From a virus (Duplodnaviria; Caudoviricetes): a DNA stretch of 64,000 bases. Location of the stretch: the IMG/VR virus record IMGVR_UViG_3300035130_000336, positions 1-64,000 of that record. The stretch is one strand, 5' to 3'. A program made the position numbers and the translations under genes. Shown one piece after another: positions 1 through 7,716 of this stretch (the stretch's first letter is position 1; each line of letters opens with the position of its first letter). Below the pieces are notes generated by a model that did not search any database, was not told the origin of the DNA, and saw only the letters and a program-made list of their open reading frames with translations.

Positions 1-201
1 ATAGACATTTTCAAAAACTGCACGATAAGCTAAATTCCATGATAATTCTATTGTAATGAGACCGTCAAGAGTACGGAAAACCGGGAATTCCGCAAGCCGT
101 CCGATGATAACCCCTTCAATAACGGCATCATTTTTATCTCTCATTTTCGCTGATTTTCCGACAATTTCATCTTTCAATTTTTGAGAAATTTCCTTTTTCA
201 T
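1..201 (-). CDS. hypothetical protein, runs off the left window edge (MKKEISQKLKDEIVGK...)
   Basis: ATG at 201 on the minus strand with an open frame toward the edge; co-oriented with neighbours; read manually. Confidence 0.55.
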   Translation of the reverse strand, partial: MKKEISQKLKDEIVGKSAKMRDKNDAVIEGVIIGRLAEFPVFRTLDGLITIELSWNLAYRAVFENVY

Positions 202-225
202 AATTTTTTTTCTTTTTAGTGGATA

Positions 226-861
226 TTATTTTTCTATTATTTCACCATCCCATTTTTTCATGGCATAATGAATTGCTCTCTCTGAAAAGCCAAAAGAAAG
301 CAATTCACATTTTAATGAGGATAATTGTTCCTTTACTATTTCTTTAATATGTTCGCCGGAATCGCTTTCAATTCCCCATAATCCACCTGAAGTAATATGT
401 TGAGTGATTCCGTTCTCTGTTTGCACAGTTGCCTTTGCCATGATTCCAATAAAACACCAGTCACCCCTATTGAGTGATTCCATTCGTTTATAATCCTGAA
501 AAGCGTATTTTTTATACTCAGGTGTTCCCGGTTTTTCCCCTCCGGCATAAGGTTGAAAATACTGGTATTCTCCCCTCCCTATTGGGGATTGATCAAGGCA
601 GTTTTTCAGTTTTTCGATACGCTTTTCAGTTTGTTCAATGTTTACCTTTGAAAAAGCAGGATTATTATTTTCTTTCTCATAGATACGTTCTTCCAATTGT
701 TCTATAAGATCATCCTGTTTTATTTCTGATATAACAAAGCGTTCAGTTTTTCGGTCGATGTTCCATGGATCTGCACTATTTGTATACTCCCCGAGAAAAG
801 AAGTGTCGGGACAATCGTCTATTCTTTGTTCCACCGTGATGGATAAGATTTTATTTTTCAT
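226..861 (-). CDS. hypothetical phage protein
   Basis: 211 aa ORF in the leftward operon with an upstream GGAG RBS. Confidence 0.75.
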   Translation of the reverse strand: MKNKILSITVEQRIDDCPDTSFLGEYTNSADPWNIDRKTERFVISEIKQDDLIEQLEERIYEKENNNPAFSKVNIEQTEKRIEKLKNCLDQSPIGRGEYQYFQPYAGGEKPGTPEYKKYAFQDYKRMESLNRGDWCFIGIMAKATVQTENGITQHITSGGLWGIESDSGEHIKEIVKEQLSSLKCELLSFGFSERAIHYAMKKWDGEIIEK

Positions 862-866
862 AATAT

Positions 867-1088
867 TTATTCTCCATTATATGGGTTAATTTTAGTTAAT
901 GCGGCGCAAAATGCTCTTGCGATTATTTCTGCCTGTCTTTTTCCTTCTTTAGAATGAAATGGTATAATCGCTAGTTGGATTCCCCTATAATCTCCAATTA
1001 ACGGCACATCATAATTTTTTGTGAAAATTATAATACAATCCAAAAGATCATCATTGTCATTATCTTCAAATTGATAAAAAGCATTCAT
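867..1088 (-). CDS. hypothetical protein
   Basis: 73 aa ORF with an AAAGGA RBS, tightly packed with neighbours. Confidence 0.65.
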   Translation of the reverse strand: MNAFYQFEDNDNDDLLDCIIIFTKNYDVPLIGDYRGIQLAIIPFHSKEGKRQAEIIARAFCAALTKINPYNGE

Positions 1089-1138
1089 AGTACTGTCCTT
1101 TCATCGACTTTTACGACCTGATGCCGGTCAAAGATGGT

Positions 1139-1582
1139 TTATTTTAATAAGTCTTTTGGTAAATCTTGTTGATAAACAATATTTTTCATCCAATTGGTAC
1201 AAAAAACAGCACAGTCTTTTTGATTCCTTCTATAAATACCTTTGATAAAACCTTTTTCATCATAAGTGAAAAATTCCTGATAGAGACCTAAATTATCCTG
1301 TAAAAAAGATGCTGGAAAAAAAGAGAATTCATCTTTAGAATTCTCATATGTTCCCGCAATTCTTTTTTTACGGAAAAAAGTGACTTCCGGATCACGCATA
1401 AGGTCGCCGTTTTGTTCATAATAATGAGCGACGGAAAACAATTCACCATTTGGTGTATTATGTAAAAATTCAATCGATACTGGCATGAATCCATTTCCGC
1501 CATTATTAATTTTACGGTATCTATTATTTTCATTTAATCCGGCGGTAATAAACCATAATACATGCATCGGAATTTTTGACAC
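1139..1582 (-). CDS. DUF1249/DUF6908-like phage/MGE protein
   Basis: Motif SVAHYYEQNGDLMRDPEVTF. Confidence 0.65.
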   Translation of the reverse strand: MSKIPMHVLWFITAGLNENNRYRKINNGGNGFMPVSIEFLHNTPNGELFSVAHYYEQNGDLMRDPEVTFFRKKRIAGTYENSKDEFSFFPASFLQDNLGLYQEFFTYDEKGFIKGIYRRNQKDCAVFCTNWMKNIVYQQDLPKDLLK

Positions 1583-1633
1583 TTCTTTTATAATAATACT
1601 CTTTTCTAAAAGGGGGATTTCTCCCCCCTTGGT

Positions 1634-2137
1634 TTATGCTGCAATTAATTTTTCTTCCGCTTCACTTTCAAGGCAGATCGAACCGAATTTTTCCCGAATT
1701 TTTTTCATGGAATAGATACCGCGTACTTTGCCTTGGGACATAGTAGGGGACCAGTACCATGCTTTTTTATTTCGGCTAAATTTCGCGCCTAAAGCTTTAA
1801 TTCGCTGATGAACAGGAAAAGTATTCCCGGTTATCCATAACCATGAACCGCAAATTTCTACCACAATATCAGGAATAGCTAGAAACCGCTCTATAGCATC
1901 CTGAAGGGCTTTTTCTGATTCATAGGTGTAAAAGGGTTTCCTGTCTTTTGCTGCGGCCCTTCCCGCTTCTCCCGCTGCGGAAAGCTTAATAAAATAGTCG
2001 TATTCGTTTTTCATTGCCTTGAATTCTTCCGCATCTCCCCCTTTATCGGGATGCAATACAAGGCAATGCCGGCGGAAATTCTTTCTCAATTCTTCAATAC
2101 CCATTTCCGGCGAAAAGTATTTTGGAGTGAAAGTCAT
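1634..2137 (-). CDS. DnaJ (J-domain) containing protein
   Basis: N-terminal J domain with HPDKGG motif; C-terminal GSWLWITG...WYW domain. Confidence 0.8.
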   Translation of the reverse strand: MTFTPKYFSPEMGIEELRKNFRRHCLVLHPDKGGDAEEFKAMKNEYDYFIKLSAAGEAGRAAAKDRKPFYTYESEKALQDAIERFLAIPDIVVEICGSWLWITGNTFPVHQRIKALGAKFSRNKKAWYWSPTMSQGKVRGIYSMKKIREKFGSICLESEAEEKLIAA

Positions 2138-2165
2138 ATCTAACCCCTTTCCGGTTAGGTGTGAT

Positions 2166-2198
2166 AAAACCCTATTCTCGTTAACGCGGGAATAGGGG
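2166..2198 (-). terminator. hairpin, possible intrinsic terminator
   Basis: CCCTATTC...GAATAGGG stem with an adjacent A run (U tract on the minus strand). Confidence 0.45.
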
Positions 2199-2280
2199 AT
2201 TTTTATTTTAGGCTGTTTCCATAAATTAATTTAATGTAGAGTTAAAAAAAGTATTTTATTATTTTTCTTGCCTTTTTCCC

Positions 2281-2487
2281 TTAATAATCAATTTCCGGTT
2301 CACGAACAGAAAGTATAGTGCTATGGTCTTTATTATCTAACCATTCACGATAAATATATAAACACGATCCAACAGCCAATTCATGCTGTTTAAGAATGGT
2401 AACAAGTTCCTGACGAGCACTGTTTGATAATCCAGCAATTTCACGGTTGACTCGTTGCTTTATACATTCATCATTTCCAGTATACAT
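2281..2487 (-). CDS. hypothetical protein
   Basis: 68 aa ORF with an AAGGA RBS, downstream of a repeated leader. Confidence 0.65.
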   Translation of the reverse strand: MYTGNDECIKQRVNREIAGLSNSARQELVTILKQHELAVGSCLYIYREWLDNKDHSTILSVREPEIDY

Positions 2488-2549
2488 TTTAATTCCTTTT
2501 TCTTTCGGTTGTGGGTGATTGATATTTTTTCCTTGCCTTTTTCCCTGTA

Positions 2550-2726
2550 TTATCGAATTACAGAAATAGTACCGACACTGTTCCCGTTAATGTCACGGAT
2601 AGGGGACACGTTTTTTCCCTGTTCTAGCCTGTCCGCAATATCCCGCAGGATACGGCATGTTTCCGGTATCCTATTTTCGCCGTCAAATGCCGCATTATCC
2701 ATGTTGATTTTAATTGTTGCCGTCAT
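2550..2726 (-). CDS. small phage protein (MTATIKINMDNAAFDGE...RDINGNSVG), 58 aa
   Basis: Manually translated; GGAGG RBS lies inside the leader repeat; DNAAF..E..RIL..D.NGN.VG pattern is typical of small phage proteins. Confidence 0.75.
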   Translation of the reverse strand: MTATIKINMDNAAFDGENRIPETCRILRDIADRLEQGKNVSPIRDINGNSVGTISVIR

Positions 2727-2738
2727 GTATCCTCCCGG

Positions 2739-2966
2739 TTATGGGTGATTTTTGATCATTTCCAGTCCAGCATTAACATTGTTCACATCGTCGTGTGTAA
2801 TATTATGAGGTTCGTAATTTGCCAACCAGTTTGTCATATCACACGTTGCTTTGGATCTGATTCTAATTTCGTCATTTTCGAGAACAAAACACGGATCTGC
2901 TGGTACATGCCCAACAGGGGCGTCTTTTTCTGCAACTATTTCGAGATTTCTTTTTGTGACCTTCAT
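2739..2966 (-). CDS. hypothetical protein
   Basis: 75 aa ORF with GGAGG RBS in the leader repeat. Confidence 0.7.
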   Translation of the reverse strand: MKVTKRNLEIVAEKDAPVGHVPADPCFVLENDEIRIRSKATCDMTNWLANYEPHNITHDDVNNVNAGLEMIKNHP

Positions 2967-3029
2967 ATTTCCTCCCGGTTATGGGTGATTTAGATTTTTC
3001 CTTGCCTTTTTCCTTGATTATGAGGTTAT

Positions 3030-3188
3030 TTATAGCTCTTCTTTAATTAATCGATAATATTCCTCACAACTAATTTTTAACTCTTTTTGTATATTAATAC
3101 GCTGCTCTTGTGCGATATTATATAGTCGCATAGATTCATTTTCGTTTTTTTGCTGTTCCATTATTCGATTTATAGTTTTAATATCCAT
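3030..3188 (-). CDS. hypothetical protein, 52 aa (MDIKTINRIMEQQ...)
   Basis: Manually translated; GGAGG RBS; first gene after the promoter. Confidence 0.65.
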   Translation of the reverse strand: MDIKTINRIMEQQKNENESMRLYNIAQEQRINIQKELKISCEEYYRLIKEEL

Positions 3189-3233
3189 GTATCCTCCCGG
3201 TTGTGGGTGATTGATTAATTAATTGATAACTCC

Positions 3234-3262
3234 AATATACTGCTATTGTGAGACGATGTCAA
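3234..3262 (-). promoter_or_regulatory. sigma70-type promoter for the leftward early genes
   Basis: TTGACA-17 nt-TATATT on the minus strand. Confidence 0.8.
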
Positions 3263-3385
3263 TAAAATAATATAAAAAAGCGTATTCTCATTTAGAATAC
3301 ATCCTATAAAATCCCCTGCTATCCTATCGAATACTCTATAGATTATTATCTATCAATCTCTATAAATCGTTGAGAAATAAAATAC

Positions 3386-3414
3386 TTGCATTGTTCATAA
3401 AAATGTGCTATCAT
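3386..3414 (+). promoter_or_regulatory. sigma70-type promoter
   Basis: TTGCAT-17 nt-TATCAT with an extended -10 TG. Confidence 0.6.
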
Positions 3415-3419
3415 ATAGA

Positions 3420-3508
3420 TAATGATGGAATGCATTGTATCCAGACTCGTAGTTATTGACGCACAGAGCGGACAGGCGCGCAACCTGTCCGCTTTTTTAA
3501 TTCCATCA
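3420..3508 (+). ncRNA. candidate small RNA
   Basis: Lies between the promoter at 3386-3414 and the terminator at 3467-3498; TGATGGAAT (3423-3431) is complementary to ATTCCATCA (3500-3508). Confidence 0.4.
3467..3498 (+). terminator. rho-independent terminator
   Basis: AGCGGACAGG-loop-CCTGTCCGCT followed by a T run. Confidence 0.8.
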
Positions 3509-3851
3509 CTCAGCTAACTATCAGTTCATTGATATATTGACTCTCTATATTATACGGCATTGTGGCAGCAATGACAATACTCCCATAATGGCACCGTGAA
3601 CCGCAAACCCGGTCACAGTTAAAGGTGCTAACTATCCCCTACGGGATCTACCAATAGGGGAAACCTACGGAAGGGGATATAATACCATAGGCTGTACAGC
3701 CTATCCACAACCGCCCCACTGCAATGATAACGACAAATAACCCCTCAGTTTCGTTAATTTCACCGGTTTTCATTGTTTTTCGCCTTTTATTGCATTTTAA
3801 AGTGAGAACAAAACACGCGCCGTAGGGCGCGTGCAAAAACCCTATACCCTA

Positions 3852-4075
3852 TTAAACGTTTAAATTATACACGTGTATAATTTAATATTTGTTAAATAGC
3901 GTTTTTAAGCAAATTTCGCCATTTAACACGTGTTAAATTATGCATGCTCATAATTTAACGTGTTAAATTATACACGTGTATAATTTAACTTTTAGTTAAT
4001 TATGGTCAAATTGATCAAATTTAGCCATTTAACGAGTTAAATTATGCATGCTCATAATTTAATTTGTTAAATAGA
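3852..4075. repeat. cluster of iterated AT-rich palindromes upstream of terS
   Basis: Perfect TTAAATTATACACGTGTATAATTTAA at 3860-3885 and 3963-3988; ATTTAACACGTGTTAAAT at 3921-3938; imperfect GTTAAATTATGCATGCTCATAATTTAA near 3932 and 4036. Confidence 0.9.
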
Positions 4076-4090
4076 TAAAAAAGGAGCATC

Positions 4091-4699
4091 ATGACAAGTA
4101 ATAAAAATGCTTTGCAGGTGATAAAAGGGGAGAAAAAACCGAACGTATCCCACCTATCATCTGAGGAAAAGGAATTGCTGGTTCCCGCTTCCGTGAAAAC
4201 GCCTTTCGGTCTTCAACACTACGACGCCCGAAAAATGCAAAGCATTATCCTCGAAATAGCCACCACTACCGATACCATCGACAATATCGTTAAACGCCAC
4301 GGACTAGCCAAAACGACCGTGTATTTGTGGAGATCGGTGTCTGTTCAACTGTTGAACACGTGGCGAACTGCCGTACGACATCGTACGCACGCAGTCGCGG
4401 ATGAATTCGAAGGTGAAGTTCAAATACTCAATAATCAGGTCGAAAATGACGATAATTACAAACGTACAAGTAACCGCATACGTCGGTTTGACCGTGTATG
4501 GGGCCACCGTCAATGGTTTATGTCAAGGTATAATAGGCAAGATTTCGGCGACAAAGTAGACATTGAGCAAAATATAACCATTGCACCAGCTAAAGCACGA
4601 GAGGAAGCGTATACTACGTTCCAAAACGCGCAAGTGGCTGATTTCGAGGAAGTTACCCTTCCCCCTATCAACCAAATAGAGAACGATTCAACTAGCTAG
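4091..4699 (+). CDS. terS: terminase small subunit (putative)
   Basis: HTH-like segment (TTVYLW) and ...RQWFMSRYNRQDFGDKVDIEQ as in phage small terminases; AAGGAG RBS; upstream of terL. Confidence 0.7.
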   Translation: MTSNKNALQVIKGEKKPNVSHLSSEEKELLVPASVKTPFGLQHYDARKMQSIILEIATTTDTIDNIVKRHGLAKTTVYLWRSVSVQLLNTWRTAVRHRTHAVADEFEGEVQILNNQVENDDNYKRTSNRIRRFDRVWGHRQWFMSRYNRQDFGDKVDIEQNITIAPAKAREEAYTTFQNAQVADFEEVTLPPINQIENDSTS

Positions 4700-5040
4700 T
4701 AATTGGTAGAATAACACAACTATTGACACTAATAATAGCAAAAGTGGTCAAATTTGATCAGAATCGCCATTATTGATGTCCATATAATAACTAATATGTA
4801 AACTATAGCCTAATGTAAACTATGATTTCCTTTAACGTTTAAATGCCCTAAATGGAAAGGATAGGGGGGGGGTGGTCCCGCTCACGCGTTCGACTCTTTT
4901 GTTTTATATATATATCCTCTCCCCACAGCGCGTCAATTTTTCATTACCATCTATGGAAACAAGGTTTACACAGAGGAATACGATTGCCATATGTTGTATG
5001 CAATTTTCGTTTTCTTTTGATTTATAGGAATTTTCACCTT

Positions 5041-5811
5041 ATGTCATACGAGTTAAGCAACATTATCAATTCTATAATCTGCGCCGATTGCTATGATGTA
5101 TTTAAGCAGCTTCCGGATAAGAGCGTGGATTTGGTTCTTACTGATCCTCCTTACGGAATTGGTGAATCAAACGGTAAAAACGATTCCAGAAGTTGTCTTG
5201 CAAAAGTTACATCATTTACTTATAAAACATGGGATAATAATATACCATCACCGGAATTTTTTCTTGAAATCAAACGAATCAGTAAGAATCAAATTGTGTG
5301 GGGCGGGAATCATTTCGCTGCGCATTTAGGAAATTCTCCTTGTTGGTTGGTTTGGCATAAAGATAATGGTGATAATGATTTTTCAGATTGTGAACTGGCT
5401 TGGTGTTCATTTTCGTCTACAATAAGATATTTTATGTGGCGTTGGCATGGTATGCTTCAGGGTCAAATGGGTTGGCGCAAGGAGATTCGCATTCACCCCA
5501 CACAAAAGCCATTGCCTTTGTTTAAATGGTGCCTTGTCAATTATTCAAAGCCTGGTGATCTTGTACTTGATCCAATGTGTGGTTCCGGGACAACGGCACT
5601 AGCTTGCCACGCTCTTGGAAGACGGTTCATTTGCATCGATAAAGAAGCTGAATACGTAACCGCAGCACGCAATCGGCTTTTGCAATTTCAAGCACAAGGT
5701 GATTTATTCAGCGGTGAAAATTCAGTATTAGTGGAAGAAAACGAAACCAACATACAACAGACGCTATACGCTGCGGGCGGAGTACCGCCCTTGGCCGGTG
5801 GCACATATTGA
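5041..5811 (+). CDS. DNA N4-C/N6-A methyltransferase (beta class)
   Basis: TDPPY, HPTQKP and VLDPMCGSGTT motifs; start taken at MSYELS. Confidence 0.9.
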   Translation: MSYELSNIINSIICADCYDVFKQLPDKSVDLVLTDPPYGIGESNGKNDSRSCLAKVTSFTYKTWDNNIPSPEFFLEIKRISKNQIVWGGNHFAAHLGNSPCWLVWHKDNGDNDFSDCELAWCSFSSTIRYFMWRWHGMLQGQMGWRKEIRIHPTQKPLPLFKWCLVNYSKPGDLVLDPMCGSGTTALACHALGRRFICIDKEAEYVTAARNRLLQFQAQGDLFSGENSVLVEENETNIQQTLYAAGGVPPLAGGTY

Positions 5812-5867
5812 AGCAGCAAGTCGTATAGTGTTAAACGTAAATGGTACGATTAGCAAAAGGAGTGATT

Positions 5868-6077
5868 ATGGCGGATTTGGCGATTACGACGAGGAAGGGG
5901 CTTAATGAGGTTACGGGTGTGACGGTTTCCGGGTTAGGGGTAGCTGCCATAGTTTTCGTTGCTCAACATCTTGGGGTAGATATTGACGAAAAGGTAGCGG
6001 TAGGGATTGTAACGTTTGGGACGGCTTTGGTATCGGCGGCGATTCGCATGTACAATAATTGGAGGAAGCATGTATAG
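5868..6077 (+). CDS. small two-TM membrane protein, holin-like
   Basis: Two hydrophobic segments and a basic C-terminus; AAGGAG RBS. Confidence 0.55.
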   Translation: MADLAITTRKGLNEVTGVTVSGLGVAAIVFVAQHLGVDIDEKVAVGIVTFGTALVSAAIRMYNNWRKHV

Positions 6078-6217
6078 GGTGTCGGGATGAAAGCCACATC
6101 ATGTGACCGAGCGACGGCGGAGTTGTGGACAAAACGTAGCCGAAAGGTTCTCTGTATCGGGCAGGTTGCATCGGCACCCTTTTTATAATATTCGTGGGAT
6201 AGGATGGTGATGGTTTA

Positions 6218-6496
6218 ATGTCGAAGGTTTTGATAGTGGGTAATCGGGTGGTATTGGTGGATGAAATTGATTGGTGGCGGGTGAAGGACCGGAAGTGGTG
6301 TTTGAACAAGGGGAAGTATAATGAGGGTTATTATGTGATGTATGGGAAGCGTGAGGGGCGGGTAGTGAGGAAAGTTTATTTGCATCGGTTTATAGCGGGA
6401 GCGCAGAGGGGGGATCGGGTGGAGTTTGTTGATGGAAATACGTTGAATTGTTGTAGGGGAAATTTAATGGTGAATGGGAGGAGATTAAATGGGTGA
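6218..6496 (+). CDS. HNH endonuclease-like protein (degenerate)
   Basis: YLHRFI...VEFVDGNTLNCCRGNL matches the HNH_3 pattern but lacks the DH histidine. Confidence 0.65.
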   Translation: MSKVLIVGNRVVLVDEIDWWRVKDRKWCLNKGKYNEGYYVMYGKREGRVVRKVYLHRFIAGAQRGDRVEFVDGNTLNCCRGNLMVNGRRLNG

Positions 6497-6755
6497 GATA
6501 GCGGAAATAGTAAAGTCATGTCCATTTTGTGGAAGAGAAAATATTAAATATTCTGTTTCTCATACAAGGATTAAGTTGCCACGGGTGGCGGGTGGTGGTA
6601 ATGTTGTTAAATACAAGCATTTTTATTCGTGTGATTGTGGTGCTTGTATAAGTGGATCGGATCAATTTAAAACTTTGGAAAAATGGAATTCTCGGTATGA
6701 AGACACGTCACAGAGTAATGCGGAGGATGCGCGGCGGGATGAAGGGGAAAAATGA
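6489..6755 (+). CDS. Lar-family zinc-ribbon (restriction alleviation-like) protein
   Basis: KSCPFCG ... CDCGA ... KWNSR. Confidence 0.6.
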   Translation: MGEIAEIVKSCPFCGRENIKYSVSHTRIKLPRVAGGGNVVKYKHFYSCDCGACISGSDQFKTLEKWNSRYEDTSQSNAEDARRDEGEK

Positions 6756-6949
6756 ATATCAGGTCTAATTGTCAGGTATCGACGAATGATTTCTGGTATG
6801 ACCTTGCGTATAGCGGGGATATTAAGCCGCAGGAGATTTGCGAGTCGAAGGAAGATGCTGATCGCATTAATGAGGCGGTTGAGCTAATCAGGGAGTTTCA
6901 GGAGTCATGTGAGGAGTACATTGATAATTTTGTACGCGGTATTTGGTGA
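6752..6949 (+). CDS. hypothetical protein
   Basis: 65 aa ORF with an ATGA overlap to the upstream gene. Confidence 0.6.
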   Translation: MNIRSNCQVSTNDFWYDLAYSGDIKPQEICESKEDADRINEAVELIREFQESCEEYIDNFVRGIW

Positions 6950-6967
6950 AAACAAATAGGAGCTTTT

Positions 6968-7222
6968 ATGATTGCGCCGAATAATGTTCGAGAGTGGTTT
7001 GCGTTCCATGGTGGGGAGGAATCTGGAATAAGTCTTGATGTGGCTTCTAAAATTTGGGAGGCTGCGACGAATGCTGCCAATAAACGTAGCTTGCCATCAT
7101 TAGAGGAAGTAAAAGCGCATGTTCAACGAGAAATGTGGCTTCACCATTCTGAACCGAATAGTTTGAATATAACTGAACTTTGTTACGATTATATCTGTCG
7201 GCAACTTTCGGCGATTCAATGA
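6968..7222 (+). CDS. hypothetical protein
   Basis: 84 aa ORF with a GGGAG RBS. Confidence 0.6.
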   Translation: MIAPNNVREWFAFHGGEESGISLDVASKIWEAATNAANKRSLPSLEEVKAHVQREMWLHHSEPNSLNITELCYDYICRQLSAIQ

Positions 7223-7716
7223 AGGCTTTCTGTTTATCGCGAAATATTTACTGTCTTACCGATGATGATATTTACGATTGGTTGCATCATTGGAAGTGGA
7301 GTATTGCTAATCATGGAAGAAAGGGTTTCAGGTATGCCCGTCGTTTCGGGATCAATCCATTGTTGCATAAACAACAGTTCATTTATCTGCATAAAGTTGT
7401 CGCGGGAATATCAAAAAATTATCTGCTTAGGTTCCGGGACCATAATCCCCTTAATCTGCAACGTGCGAATTTATCGGTGATCAATCCACGGGGAGAACCG
7501 GTCAAATGGTGGGCTTCCAATGGGGTGTCGCGGTTTACCGGGGTAAAGTGGGATGGGTATTACGGTTTATGGAAAGCGCATCTTCTTGATTTGCCGATAG
7601 GGTATTTCGCTTCCGAAATGGATGCGGCGGAAGCGTATAATAAAAAAATAAGAGAACTTTCAAAAGAGAATTTATTGTTGAATGATTTGAATCTGGAGGC
7701 TTTGAATGCCGCGTAA
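7219..7716 (+). CDS. HNH-AP2 domain protein (degenerate HNH)
   Basis: YLHKVV..RDHNPLNLQRANL plus AP2-like SRFTGVKW...IGYFASEMDAAEAYN. Confidence 0.75.
   Translation: MKAFCLSRNIYCLTDDDIYDWLHHWKWSIANHGRKGFRYARRFGINPLLHKQQFIYLHKVVAGISKNYLLRFRDHNPLNLQRANLSVINPRGEPVKWWASNGVSRFTGVKWDGYYGLWKAHLLDLPIGYFASEMDAAEAYNKKIRELSKENLLLNDLNLEALNAA

Larger units (their letters stand above)
2505..3212 (-). repeat. dispersed leader repeat, minus strand AATCACCCAYAACCG(GGAGG), 4 copies
   Basis: Copies near 2507-2520, 2731-2750, 2971-2990 and 3193-3212, each just upstream of a small gene start; companion plus-strand motif CTTGCCTTTTTCC near 2266, 2532 and 3001. Confidence 0.85.

Noticed and set aside
4852-5040. 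N-terminal 63 aa of the ORF-track methyltransferase
   Set aside because: No methyltransferase similarity, and it crosses the cassette-like boundary; start reassigned to 5041.
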